64,000 nucleotides of DNA. Source: Eledone cirrhosa (Eukaryota). This document shows, piece after piece, positions 12,993-25,840 of this stretch; the first letter of the stretch is position 1; the number at the start of each line of letters is the position of its first letter. The stretch covers positions 12,028,001 through 12,092,000 of the forward strand of contig OZ024746.1 in assembly GCA_964016885.1 (NCBI GenBank). The letters run 5' to 3'. Both the position numbers and the translations under genes were made by a program. The notes under the pieces were generated by a model. The model ran no database searches. It worked only from the letters and a program-made list of their open reading frames with translations, and was not told where the DNA came from.

Positions 12993-13205
12993 GAAGAAAT
13001 CCCAGTGAAAGGAAGTTGCAGTAGAGGAAGATCAAGGAAGACCTTGTTGGAAGTGGTGAGAGCTGATCTGAAATCACTGAAGTTCACAGAGGATGTGCTG
13101 AAGGATTGTGATGAGTGGAGGGATGGTGTGCTGGAAACGTCCTGTGTAACCCATGCAAGCATGGAAAAGCAGACGTAAAATGGTGGTGATGATGATGATG
13201 ATGAT
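12993..13205 (+). mobile_element. RTE-clade LINE, 3' end with (GAT)n tail
   Basis: Encodes PVKGSCSRGRSRKTLLEVVRADLK...DEWR (RTE C-terminal GRPRKTW-like motif), then aacccatgcaagcatggaaaagcagacg and (gat)n. Confidence 0.8.
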
Positions 13206-14852
13206 ATATAATTAAGAATTGTCTTGTTTAATTATAGATATAGTTTAGCTATTTCAGCTATCTAACTAATTCTATGGTAATTTGACATCTTTGTCTGAAC
13301 TGAATATCATTCTTTTGTCAAATTTGTTTGGTTTAATTAGGTATGGATGAATTGTTTTTGACAAGGTCTGTTTGTCAGATTAAAGAGTCATGTTGTTCAG
13401 CTATAATATTGATTTCTATAACAGAAGTTAATAATTAGTTAATAATTACAGTCTTCTCTTGAGCTGCTGTAAACTCTGTCTGTATTATTTGGAGGAGTTG
13501 CCTGACTCTATTGAATATTTTAACAATTGAAGATTTATTCAGAAATAGATCTTCCATATTTTTTTAAGCTCTTTAGATTTGATAAGTTTTCTTTGGCTGT
13601 TTAACCCTAGAAACAATATTAGTTACAATGACTACTTCTCTTGTAATCATGTTCTAATAACCATGACAGAATTATATTAGAGAATTTAAAATATTGTTTT
13701 TAGCTTCATACTTTTTGGTAAAAGTTTTTGGGTATTTGGGGAGACAGTTATACTTGGAGAAACCTTTACAGTAAATATTGAATGAATGGAATTTAGCTGG
13801 ATACAGTAGAGTAGTTTATTGAAGGTGTTCAAATGCCATAACAATTTCCATAAAAGACTTATTGATTTTAGTGCTTCATCATCATCCTGTTTGAAAATAA
13901 CGATAAACAATTGATAATAAATACCAGTTATAATCTTATATAAAATTATTAATTTCTTAGATTAGTAAATGAATCACCCTTAAATATATGCCTATTAGCT
14001 TATGTTCATCTCAGAAAGATGAAAAGCAAAGTTGACCCCAGTAGCTTTGAAACATAAGCTATAAAGATGAAATCATATATTGTAATAAATTTAGTTTGGT
14101 CTTCTCCCTTTTTTGCTTACTCAATGTCTTTAGAAGGGGTACACTATCCAGAAATCTGATATGTTAAATTTGTAGATTGCCCTCTGGTATTATATGGGGT
14201 ACCTTTGTGTTTGAAGTCTATTAATTGAAGCTTCTTAACAACAAGAAACACTATATAGTGTTTCAACTGGCTATCGTATATCAAGTTTATTCATTGTATC
14301 CTGTTTTCAAACAATGTAATGAGGGAGGTCAAAAAGGAACTAGATCAGAAGAAAGGATATATGATAAAACAAAATAGTTTGAATAGACAACTCAACAAAA
14401 AATAAAAGAAATATGAGAAAATAAATAGCTTGAAGTGAAAAGATTGTTAAAAATCCTTAGTTATGTAAAGACTGAAGATCTAATAGATTTACTGGATGGG
14501 TGGAGAGGAGATAAAAGTAACTGGGATTTTATAATGCAAAATCAAGCAGGAAGGATTTAAAAGTGTTTTATAGGTCATGTTTAAAACAGCTGTTAAATAA
14601 CTCACTGAAGCAGCTTGAGAACTCTCTTCCTTTTGCTGAGAGGAAGTATCATGCATTCCTTATCAGTCTAGAAAAACATATAGAGGGGCTGATAGAATAG
14701 CTTCTATGTACTCTATCTACTAATTTATTTGTGGAATCACACATTCAGAGTTCACAAGGAAGTATCTGAGAGATGTTTCCTCCTCAGTAGGTGACCATAA
14801 TGTTAAAAGTTTAATGCGTGATGAGCTTGCATCAAATTCAGCATGTCTAATT

Positions 14853-15248
14853 TTCATCAGACAAATAAACCCAACTTACCCACTCTTCACTTCATCAGAC
14901 AAACCTAAACTACCCACTATTCACTTCATCAGACAAACCTAAACTACCCACTCTTCACTTCATCAGACAAACCTAAACTACCCACTCTTCACTTCATCAG
15001 ACAAACCTAAACTACCCACTATTCACTTCATCAGACAAACCTAAACTACCCACTCTTCACTTCATCAGACAAACCTAAACTACCCACTCCTCACTCTATC
15101 AGAGAAACCTAAACTACCCACTATTCACTTCATCAGACAAACCTAAACTACCCACTCTTCACTTCATCAGACAAACCTAAACTACCCACTCCTCACTCTA
15201 TCAGACAAACCTAAACTACCACTCCTCACTCTTCACGCATCAGACAAA
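14853..15248. repeat. Minisatellite, 34-bp unit (cacttcatcagacaaacctaaactacccactctt), about 11-12 copies
   Basis: catcagacaaa recurs at 14893, 14927 and onward. Confidence 0.93.
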
Positions 15249-15308
15249 TTATCCTCTATATAGAAATTGATAAGCCAAGGAAGCCAGCCACATATAATCC
15301 TCTGAGAG

Positions 15309-15410
15309 ATTGACACCTTTCTATATAATTGACACCTTTCTATATATATATATATAATTGACACCTTTCTCTATAATTGACACCTTTCTATATAATTGAC
15401 ACCTTTCATA
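15309..15410. repeat. Short tandem repeat, about 19-bp unit (aattgacacctttctatat), about 5 copies
   Basis: Direct inspection. Confidence 0.85.
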
Positions 15411-15413
15411 ATT

Positions 15414-15654
15414 TTAACCCTTTTGATTGTTTCAAACGTACCCAAAACTGTCTCTGGTTCTATGAAACAAAAACCACCCATTTTAAAAGGTTCCTATATA
15501 AATTAAAACTATCCAGCATGAGTTTATATAAGAACCTTTTAAGTCATGTCACAAATACGATGTTAATAATGAAATAATTCATAAATCCCTCAAAATTCTT
15601 TAATTAATTCAAATATTATGTATTTTATCATAAATATGGTTACAAAAGGGTTAA
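15414..15654 (+). mobile_element. piggyBac-type MITE family 2 copy
   Basis: TTAA|cccttttg ... caaaaggg|TTAA; internal ctggttctatgaaacaa and aaatccctcaaaattctt motifs shared with the other copies. Confidence 0.72.
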
Positions 15655-15721
15655 AATTTGAAACTCTCAGTATGAATTTGAACAAAGTTCTCCTTGGCTT
15701 TTTTTCTCCCAATATTGGTAA

Positions 15722-15931
15722 AATAATGGTTTCTGATTTAGGCACAAAACCAACAATATTTTGGGAGGATGAAAGTCGATTAAATCGACCCCAGTATATT
15801 ACTGGTGCTTTATTTTATCGACCCTGTAAAGATGAAAGGCAAAGTTATTCTTAGTAGGATTTGAGTTTAGAACATAAAGGGACATAACTATGCCGTGAAT
15901 CACGGTGTCCGACGCTCTACCGATTCTGCCA
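15722..15931 (-). mobile_element. SINE family A, long form
   Basis: Full body including the aaagtcgattaaatcgacccc segment and the A-box end. Confidence 0.85.
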
Positions 15932-16989
15932 AAGTTTTAGTCAAGCCTAATAGAGTACTAGACTATGGTTTTAGTAACTGTAACAAAGCACTAACCCACC
16001 TATTGAAATGATGATTCATATGTTATCTCCAACTTCTATTGGTTTATACTATCAGCTTAAATAGGAACCATGTTGAGACAGTGTGTTACAGTTAGCAGCA
16101 AGGACATTGTATAATGGATCACTGTATAATTTGTTCATTATCTTGTAGTGATGTACTTGAGCCTTAGACACCGTATTTTGTCACTTTTTCACTTAGAATT
16201 ATTTTCAAAGAGCAAACATAAAACAATGTTCAGTTATGGTATTAGGATAAAAATAAGATTCTGTGTAGAATTATGTAAATTATTATATTTTAAGCTAATT
16301 TAATGGCATGAAATGATGTAAGATGTATAGCATTTAAATAGATTTCATGCAGAAGCTAAACATTGGTTGAAACAGATGAGAGAACACTTAAGTACTTTGA
16401 TCCTGATTGTATAAGAATTAATGGATAGTTTTGTCTAGTTGGTATGAAGTGGTAATTATTGGTTCAATTTGGTTCAATTCAATTAAATGTTGTATTTATT
16501 TATTTATTTATTTTACTAATATAACAAAAGTACAAAAATAAAAAAAAATTGTGGGTTTATGTGAGAAATATTGGGCTATTGTTTAGCCCTAGCTCAAACT
16601 GTGGGTTTATGTGAGAAGTATTGGGCTATTGTTTAGCCTCAGCTCAAATCTGATCATGCAAGCTTATAATTATCATTCAGGCATAGTGTATCTTGGACAA
16701 CATTATCCAATGTGATTGTTATTTGAGGGAGATATAGCTGAAAGTGGAAACAGATCAATTGATTCTGTAGAGCAGTGATTCCTAAACATTTCATTATCAA
16801 GGTCCCATTTTATTTAAATAAATTTTCCGACAGACACCTTCTACTACCCCACAGATTGTTTTAGGATGAGAATAACAAACAAAAGAGAGAAATGTTTACA
16901 TGTGGAGAAGAATGGAAACCAATAAAAAAATTAAAGTTGAAGTTTATCCCCAGCTTGAATGCTCATCAAATTGGTGCTTATCCTAATTC

Positions 16990-17175
16990 CATTGGCATTG
17001 ACTGAGTGTACAAGACTTCCTTCCCTTATAGCTGGTACTAATTTTCAACTGAGTGTACTGGAGCAATGTGAAATTAAGTATTTTGCTCAAGAAAACAACA
17101 CCCAATCCAGGATTCAAATTTAAGACATTATGATCATTAGTACAACATCCTAACCACTAGGCCACATGCCTTCAC
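16990..17175 (-). mobile_element. Older tRNA-headed SINE (family C)
   Basis: Reverse complement: ggcatgtggcctagtggttagg (A box) ... ttgaatcctgga (B-box-like) ... ttcttgagcaaaatactt. A related + strand copy lies at 25213-25320. Confidence 0.6.
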
Positions 17176-17404
17176 CCTATAGCATGTGTATATTATGTTT
17201 TTAACAAATGCTGGGACTGCTACCATAGAGGTTTCTTCACTGCCTTGTATGCTATCTTTTTAAGATTATGTAGGACTTCATTGTCCAGTATGTCCTTTCT
17301 TTATCTAAGATGGTAGACTATAATTTGAGGGAGATTTCACTACTATTACTAGCAGTTTTAGTGGTTATGTAGAGACTCTCTCACTGGCTAGTGTGGCTCA
17401 GTTA

Positions 17405-17605
17405 ATTCTTTCTATCATTGGCACAAGACCAGCAATTTGGGACAAGGTCAAAGTCGATTATATCAACCTCATTATTTAACTGGTACCTTATTTTATCAGC
17501 CCTGGAAGGATGACCTCAGTGGGATTTGAATTTAGGACGTGGAAAGTTATAACTAAATACTGCATTGCATTTTGTCCAACATTCTACCAATACTACCAAT
17601 CCACC
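17405..17605 (-). mobile_element. Diverged SINE family A copy
   Basis: ggcacaagaccagcaattt...ggatttgaa...aatccacc. Confidence 0.7.
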
Positions 17606-17819
17606 ATCTTTGTGTGTGGCTTAGATAATAATTACTGATTACCTTTGTCTTATTTGAAATTAGAAACTTTCGATTATTGGTTTTATTTGTTTGAGGTAAA
17701 ATTTATGAGTCAATACACTGAACAAATGTCTGAAAGGTTGGAGTTTCTGTGACTGGCATTGAAATGTATACATAGCTGTGATACTTTGCTTTCAGTATCA
17801 TAGTCCAACTTACTTATAA

Positions 17820-18003
17820 ATAATTGTTTCTACTTTTGGCACAAGATCAGCAATTACCCAGTACATTACTGGTACTTTATTTTATCGACCCCGTAAGGAT
17901 GAAAGGCAAAGTTAACCTCAACAGGATTTGAACTCAGACCATAAAGGGACGTAACCATGCTAGAAAGCATGGCGTCCAACCCTCTACCGATACTGCAAAT
18001 TCA
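17820..18003 (-). mobile_element. SINE family A, short form
   Basis: Nearly colinear with 1071-1256. Confidence 0.87.
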
Positions 18004-18294
18004 CTGGTTGCTGATAATCTTCAGGTGTCGTGAAATTTAAGTCAAATTTGATAACATTTTACAAAAATTTAGCTGTGGAGTATATTTGAGATCTGATGAC
18101 AGTTAAGTGATGTTGGACATTCTAATGTAGGCAGACCTCAACAGAATCTACATCAAACAGTTATGTGTTGATGTTGAGTGCAATCTTGAGGATCGGCCAA
18201 TGGAGACGGAAAGTTATAGTGATCTGTGCAACCAGCCTACCAAGATGAGGGTTAACTCTTGTGTACAATTAAACTAGTGACAAGTGATGCTTTA

Positions 18295-18525
18295 CATCAT
18301 CACTGTCATTTTTACGTCTATGGGTTGGACAGGCCCTTCTCAGCATGGCACCTCTCCGCTTCTTGCATTCCTTCATTATCTCCTCTTCTAGTCATAGCAA
18401 TTTGAGGTCAGCTCTCACAACCTCTGCCCAGGTCTTTCTTGGTTGTCTTCTACTACGGCTTCCTTCCACTGGGATTTCCTGCCATTTCTTCACCCATCAG
18501 ACATTGTCCATGCGCATCACATATT
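18295..18525 (-). mobile_element. RTE-clade LINE 3' fragment, same family as 12993-13205
   Basis: Reverse complement includes gaaatcccagtggaaggaagccgtagtagaagacaaccaagaaagacctgggcagaggttgtgagagctgacctc. Confidence 0.72.
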
Positions 18526-19520
18526 CAATTTTCTATTCATTAATTTTGTGTTGCTAACACAGCACAATGTGTCACAAAAAATTTAATTTCTTAAAAAGAG
18601 TGTCACCAATGTGAAAGTTTGGACAGCTCTGGGGTACAACATAGGGGTGGTGTAATTCAGTAAATAAAATAAAGCTAAAGCAATGACAGTAAAGGTTTCA
18701 TTGGTTTGCAGTCCTGAGTTCATTTCTACCTGTAGGAAAAGGTAGCCATCATTTGTTAGCATCTTATCGGAAGGAAAATGATTGTCTCCCTTGATTAATG
18801 ACACAGATATAATATGACAGGTGATAATTGTTTTGTTGATGATGTCTGGATTCCTTTTAGTCATCGAAACTATTAACTTCCTCATCTTCATGTTTCTATT
18901 TTTTTTACTGTATGGTAGAATAATCATCAAATACTTCCATCCACCTTGCCTAACTTAGTTGCTTACATATATCTTTCATTACACTCTTGTGTGCGTGTGT
19001 GTGTGTACATGCACACATACATAAATATTTATTATGAACATAGCCCAGTAGTGAGCTTATCTGTTCTGCATTTTAAAAATGTATTGAGTACTTCATTGAT
19101 TAGTAGTGGTCTTCTCTGTTTTCTAAGCATTGATATCCAGTCTCTCTCTCTCTCTCCTATCTCTTCTCTTTCCTATGCCACTCCTTCTTTCTCCCTTTTC
19201 TCTCACTATTTCTCTTTCTCCCTGTTTTGCTCCCCCCTCTCTCAATCTCCCCCACCTCTCTATCTCCTCCTACCACAATTTTATCCATCATTATAGAGGA
19301 TGGAGTTAAAACCTATTTAATTCCATTTGATTGGTTACTTCCGTTGTCACTTAAACACACTATTCCTGCTTGTAATGCCAGAAAGACAGGCAGGCTGGAA
19401 GTCACGAAACATTAGTCAAATCTTTGTTTGACTCATGCCATACTAGTAGAGAAACAATTGCTTACAATGATCAACAGACACACACACACACACACACACG
19501 CTATAGAGTCGGAACCCCTT

Positions 19521-19588
19521 CAGCTGAGCTCTTGCCATTTCAACAGTTAGTTCCAGAACTAGCTGTTGAAATGGCAAGAGCTCAGCTG
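19521..19588. repeat. Inverted repeat (33-bp arms, 1 mismatch, 2-bp loop)
   Basis: cagctgagctcttgccatttcaacagttagttc-ca-gaactagctgttgaaatggcaagagctcagctg; degenerate pairing extends to about 19502-19609. Confidence 0.85.
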
Positions 19589-19738
19589 TCAAGGTCTCGA
19601 CTTTTTATAATACAACCATACTTTACTACCCCAAGTATTGAGTACTCTGGTGAATAATAGTCTGACCAGTTTCATCCATTTGGCTGTTTGCGGAAGTAAA
19701 AAGACATTATTGCCAAATGGGTTTTTTTTTTGTTACAG

Positions 19739-19974
19739 GTTGAACTTGGAAGATGCACAGGTTGTGCAGGTGAAAGCAAAATATACAGTATAAGAAGTCA
19801 GGAGCTTTGCATATGCAATAGTGCAGCAAACTGATAGTTTTGACTTGAATGTGTTGGCATGAAACCAAGTGTTGTGAGTATAGAAGAGTAGAAAGTATTG
19901 TACTGTGATCAAAGGAAACAGGTGGAACATAGCATTGTTGAAACTGTTGTTGTATTTAAATTGTTTAAGCATTG
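19739..19974 (+). other. Candidate non-coding (5'UTR or alternative) exon
   Basis: Strong acceptor (gttttttttttgttacag|G) and consensus donor (TG|gtaagt) bracket 236 nt of non-repetitive sequence. No ATG in the frame compatible with the DOCK exon. Confidence 0.3.
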
Positions 19975-20522
19975 GTAAGTTTGGTTGCTTACTAATGTGT
20001 TTGCTGTCTTTTGTTCTTATTGATTTCATTCTTGATCAGTATTGAATCTACTAAACATGAGACATTAAGTCTGCAATGTATTTCTGTGCATATCTAGCAA
20101 AGGACTGGTTTGTCTTTATAATATACACATATGCAGACATGTGCATGTGCGTGAACACACAAACACACGCATACTGATAAACACATACGTGCATGCACAA
20201 ACACACACACACACACACATGTAAGAACTATATATAAATATGGTGTGTACTTCTGTCTTATTAGGTGGGTTGCACATACATACATTGTATATTGCTGGTG
20301 TGTATATATACTGTATACTGGGATGGTGTGTATATGTGCCATACATAGGTATGCTGTGTATATATGTGTGGTGTATATATATATAGCATTTTGTATGCTG
20401 GCATGGTGTGTGTATGGGTTGTATATTGGTATGTTGTGTATATGTATAGATATATGTTGTATATTGGTGTGGTGTGTATATATGCATTGTATATTGGTGT
20501 GGTGTGTATATATGCATTGTAT

Positions 20523-20618
20523 AGTGGTCGTGTGAGTGTCACAACAAAAAGCACCCAGTACACACTGTAAAGTGGTCGTGTGTGTGTCACAACAAAAAGC
20601 ACCCAGTACACACTGTAA
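20523..20618 (+). repeat. Two copies of the family B 48-bp unit
   Basis: agtggtcgtgtgagtgtcacaacaaaaagcacccagtacacactgtaa, twice. Confidence 0.8.
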
Positions 20619-20904
20619 TATATGATGCAATAATTCCATGATCACAATATTCTATATAAAGATGTTTGAATCCTTGATTTTCCTTCACCTTCTTGTCATT
20701 CCTGCCATTTTGTATTTCATTTTAAATCAATTACAATAATTTAAAAAAATATTTTCTTTAATCATTATCATACATATATTCATTAAATACAATGTCTTTG
20801 GACTGGTATTGGGATTTGTGTTTTGTTGTTCTTATCCAAAGATAGATACACTGGTAAATATCGAATCATTGATAGCTAAAGCTAGATATCTAGGTAGATA
20901 GGTT

Positions 20905-20951
<47 letters not shown>

Positions 20952-21542
20952 AGGAGGAAGATATCAAAGCACATATATGTTCGAATTACCAGACAAATCT
21001 AGCACAAAATGGTTGTCACCTGATTCATTTGTTTTATAAAACACACACACACACACGTTTGTGTGTGTGTGTGTATAAATCGTTTTATGCCAATTTTCCA
21101 TCCAACCTTTGCTTGCAGGGAAAGGAGACACTAAATGGTGATGATTTCCACACTGGCAGTGTGTGTGTGTATGCGTGCGTGTGTGTGTATATATATAGTA
21201 CATAAGCATAGTGTATAAATATTTATTCTACACATACCTGCCATGTATACAGTTATCTATCTAGGCAATCTTCACTAGGTGTTTTTCAAAGCTATATTGT
21301 TGACTAAATGTATATATTTAGGGTAGCTGGTTTGTAGCTCAGTTATCTGTTTAGTCTTCAGTCTACTTTGTTGTTCCTCTCCATATATAGATTTTATATG
21401 GTTACTGGTTATTGTTCCCTATAGAAACTGATGCCTGTTACTGTAGCTATGTGTTTTGTGATAAATATGTCACATAAATAATTACTGACTTATCCCCCTC
21501 ACCCCACCATTACTATCAACACCACCACAATATACTAGTCAT

Positions 21543-21739
21543 TTCAACCGTTTAGCAATTAAACCCGGCCATATCTGGCCAGAATTCTCTCACCTCTTTC
21601 TGTTCAAAATGGCTGTAATCGGCTGCTCATACTTATGTTAAAGTATTGTTCTCAAAATAAATATCAAAATCTCACAGATTCGATATTATGTGAGATAGTG
21701 TTTACAGTGAGAATACAATAGTAAATGTTAAAGGGTTAA
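21543..21739 (+). mobile_element. piggyBac-type MITE family 1 copy
   Basis: Same body; ends gtaaatgttaaaggg|TTAA. Confidence 0.75.
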
Positions 21740-22380
21740 ATATAATGAATTTGTATTAAGTGTAAGGAACATTGCAGTATAAATATATTCCATATTTTAG
21801 TAAAATCTAGTTTCATCATCTAATTTATAGTGAATCCTTTAGTTTTACAAAGATATACTGACCCCTTGTTTAATTTCATGTGTATTTGATTTGACTTTAT
21901 CACACATGCACACACTGAGCTGTGGATTCAAATATTTCTAAGGATTTTAAGGTCATGCTGTTTGGCCTATGTAGTTTCCAGTTATCCATTTAACTAAACA
22001 TGTGTGCCACATCATCTTGTGTAGTCAACAGTGGAAAGAGCGGTTCACCAACTTATATAGAAATACCAAAATTATGAATTAAAATAAAATAAAACCCTAA
22101 TGCTAGTATGGTAATGGTTTGAATAAATGAGTGGATAGTCAAGAGACCTGAGGAGAATAATTTATTTTACATTGCCTCAGTTTATCTAAGAGTTATGTTT
22201 GAACTCATTAACCATGTATTTCTGAGGAATGGGATCCCCCCCCCCTAAAAAACACAACAAAAATAACACAAAAAAACAAAAAAAAAAACATTAAAAAAAC
22301 ATTAAAAAAAACATAAAAAACAAACAAAAACAATCACACACAAAAACACAAAAAGTTGGAAAGTAAGTGTAAACTTGTTT

Positions 22381-22532
22381 TCATTATTTTGAGTCTGGGG
22401 TTAGCTTTGCCTTTCATCCTTAGGGGGTCAATAAAATAAAGCACCAGTAATGCACTGGGGTCGATTTAATCGACTTCGCTCCCCCAAATTCCTGGCCTTG
22501 TGCCTATAGTAGAAATCATTATTTTGTGTCTG
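22381..22532 (+). mobile_element. 5'-truncated SINE family A (long form) with 17-bp TSD
   Basis: tcattattttgagtctg (22381) and tcattattttgtgtctg (22516) flank the copy. Confidence 0.82.
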
Positions 22533-22574
22533 TTCAGATTTTATAAGCATCTACTATTGAAATGTGGTAATGAT

Positions 22575-24298
22575 GGTGCCATGATGAAAACACCCAGTCC
22601 ACCCTGTATGGTAGTAGTGCTGGTGTCATGATGAAAAGCCTCCAGTCAACCGTGCAAGATGATAGTGCAGGTGCCACGATAAAAAACATCCAGTCTATCC
22701 TATCAGGTGGTAGTGCAGGTGCCACGATAAAAAACATCCAGTCTATCCTATCAGGTGGTAGTGCAGGTGCCACGATAAAAAACATCCAGTCTATCCTATC
22801 AGGTGGTAGTGCAGGTGCCACGATAAAAAACATCCAGTCTAGCCTATCAGGTGGTAGTGCAGGTGCCACGATAAAAAACATCCAGTCTATCCTATCAGGT
22901 GGTAGTGCAGGTGCCACGATAAAAAACATCCAGTCTAGCCTATCAGGTGGTAGTGCAGGTGCCACGATAAAAAACATCCAGTCTAGCCTATCAGGTGGTA
23001 GTACAGGTGCCACGATAAAAAACATCCAGTCTATCCTATCAGGTGGTAGTGCTGGTGCCACGATAAAAAACATCCAGTCTAGCCTATCAGGTGGTAGTGC
23101 AGGTGCCACGATAAAAAACATCCAGTCTATCCTATCAGGTGGTAGTGCTGGTGCCACGATAAAAAACATCCAGTCTATCCTATCAGGTGGTAGTGCTGGT
23201 GCCACGATAAAAAACATCCAGTCTATCCTATCAGGTGGTAGTGCTGGTGCCACGATAAAAAACATCCAGTCTAGCCTATCAGGTGGTAGTGCAGGTGCCA
23301 CGATAAAAAACATCCAGTCTATCCTATCAGGTGGTAGTGCAGGTGCCACGATAAAAAACATCCAGTCTATCCTATCAGGTGGTAGTGCTGGTGCCACGAT
23401 AAAAAACATCCAGTCTAGCCTATCAGGTGGTAGTGCAGGTGCCACGATAAAAAACATCCAGTCTATCCTATCAGGTGGTAGTGCTGGTGCCACGATAAAA
23501 AACATCCAGTCTATCCTATCAGGTGGTAGTGCAGGTGCCACGATAAAAAACATCCAGTCTAGCCTATCAGGTGGTAGTGCAGGTGCCACGATAAAAAACA
23601 TCCAGTCTATCCTATCAGGTGGTAGTGCAGGTGCCACGATAAAAAACATCCAGTCTAGCCTATCAGGTGGTAGTACAGGTGCCACGATAAAAAACATCCA
23701 GTCTATCCTATCAGGTGGTAGTGCAGGTGCCACGATAAAAAACATCCAGTCTATCCTATCAGGTGGTAGTGCAGGTGCCACGATAAAAAACATCCAGTCT
23801 AGCCTATCAGGTGGTAGTGCAGGTGCCACGATAAAAAACATCCAGTCTAGCCTATCAGGTGGTAGTACAGGTGCCACGATAAAAAACATCCAGTCTATCC
23901 TATCAGGTGGTAGTGCAGGTGCCACGATAAAAAACATCCAGTCTAGCCTATCAGGTGGTAGTGCTGGTGCCACGATAAAAAACATCCAGTCTAGCCTATC
24001 AGGTGGTAGTGCAGGTGCCACGATAAAAAACATCCAGTCTATCCTATCAGGTGGTAGTGCTGGTGCCATAGTAAAAAGTATCCAGTCTATCTTGTAAAGT
24101 GCTAATGCTGGAGTCGCAATAAAACACTCCCAGTACATGCTGTAAAATGATTGGCTTTAGAAAGGGCATCCAGCCATAAGAATCAAACCAAAAAACAATC
24201 TTACCAGTCTAGCTTCAAAATAGACACCCAATGTAAACATGGAAAATGGATGTTAAATGATGATGAGGATGATGGTGGTGATGATAATGATGATGACA
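22575..24298 (+). mobile_element. RTE-tailed short element (family B) whose 48-bp unit is expanded into a tandem array
   Basis: The array is followed by ttggctttagaaagggcatccagccat...catggaaaatggatgttaaa(tga)n, the family B body and tail. Confidence 0.8.
22663..24069. repeat. Minisatellite, 48-bp unit (ggtggtagtgcaggtgccacgataaaaaacatccagtctatcctatca), about 29 homogeneous copies plus degenerate edge units
   Basis: Direct inspection; only about 3 variable positions among units. Confidence 0.97.
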
Positions 24299-25789
24299 TT
24301 TATCCTGCGTCTTGGAGGGCAAATGTTATGTTAGTCATAGGCCTAAACACCTAAACTCAAAATTGGGATGTGTCCCTGATGTTGGAATATTTTTGATACT
24401 TGGAAAATGTTTCTTGTCTTATCTTTACCTGCTTATTATTAAGGTAAAAATTAATTATCTTTGAATGTGGATTGTATAATTGATTCATTCATATTTCCAA
24501 TTTAACTGTTATGATTCATTCCCTTGAAAGTTTTTAATTAATTCAACATATGGTAATTATTTTTGATAATTGCAAGTCTTTAATTAATCCCATTACTATT
24601 CACAACATTAAATTACTGTTTCACAACTTTTATTTTGGTTACAAACATTAAATAAATTGTTATTTAGTTTATTTTCCCAATCTAATATAACGACAAACTG
24701 TTTGTAATTTTGACCTTTATCATAAATCTCATCCATGATATTTACTATTCCTGTGAGTATATTTTGTTGTATACAGTTATAAAATTAGAAAACAAGTTTA
24801 ATTAATTAAGATCTAATGTTATAATAAAATTATGAACCAAGATAAATTAATCAATTTTAATCACAAGTTCATATGGCTATTTATTCACATTAAGTCATTT
24901 GAAAAGTAACAGTAAGAAATAGGACAGAAGAGGTTGTATCTGAAAAGTGGTTACCAAGTTGTGCCTCTTCCTCGCATATTGGTTGCTTTCTGAAGAATGT
25001 GTTCAATGTCATTTGCAGGGCCTGGAGTCTTATGAAACATTCATGGTAGCACTATGTTTAAAAAAACCCAACCTTTCTTTACCTTGTTTCTCTCCCAGTC
25101 ATGGTAATCCTCGATAGATTGGTCCATGATTGTCTTGGTGATGCAGTTACTGAGGAATTCAATTGTAAGAATTCTTTTTGGTATTGCTGGTTCAATAGTA
25201 GGGTCTTCAAGGAAGTCATGTGACCTAGTGGTTAGAGTGTTAGATTCATGATCATAAGGTTGTAGGTTGAAATCCAGGACTGGGCAGCATGTTGTGTTTT
25301 TAAGATAAATACTTCATTGTTTGTTTTCATGGTACAATTGGAGCCCCTAACATTAAAGCATTTGAGAAACTTATGAGATACAATCCCATAGGAGGCCAAC
25401 TAAAACTACACAGGTATGGGGTGCAACTTTTTTTTAAGGGTCTTCAAGTTCATTTTGGTTGCATTGCTGAGCTTCCTCCTACAGCTCTTCAATAGGTAAC
25501 ACTTTTCTATGAGACTATTAATTCCATCAAATCTTCCACATAACATTTTGTATTTTCCTTACATTGATGATGATGATGATGATGATGATTAGCTCAACAA
25601 TGATATTGATGCCTGCTGTTGATACTATTTGTCTAATTTCAGGAAGTCATTACATAATACTTCTCGTGTAGTTTTTAGATACTTTATCTCAGACTACCTT
25701 GATAGTGTCTATTTATTTATTTATTTACCTTACCAGAAGTGTGGCAGTTTAACACCAAAAATAACTTCAAGTAGAACATATCAATAATT

Positions 25790-25840
25790 ACTGTATACAT
25801 ACTCAAATATAAACTGATCCGAATATAAGCTGACCTCCCC
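25790..25840 (+). mobile_element. Tc2/pogo-like DNA transposon terminal fragment
   Basis: tactgtatacatactcaaatataaactgatccgaatataagctg resembles TA|CCGTATATACTCGAGTATAAGCCG-type termini; other end not found. Confidence 0.4.

Noticed and set aside
14853-15248. CTGATGA on the minus strand of every 34-bp unit (possible tandem hammerheads or snoRNA boxes)
   Set aside because: No GAAA box or pairing stems follow.
22663-24069. CRISPR-like array
   Set aside because: Units are head-to-tail with no unique spacers, there are no cas genes, and the context is eukaryotic.
22534-24138. 489-aa (SAGATIKNIQSILSGG)n and 534-aa antisense ORFs
   Set aside because: Same artefact; the unit is homologous to the non-coding retroelement unit, and the homologous array gives a different peptide.
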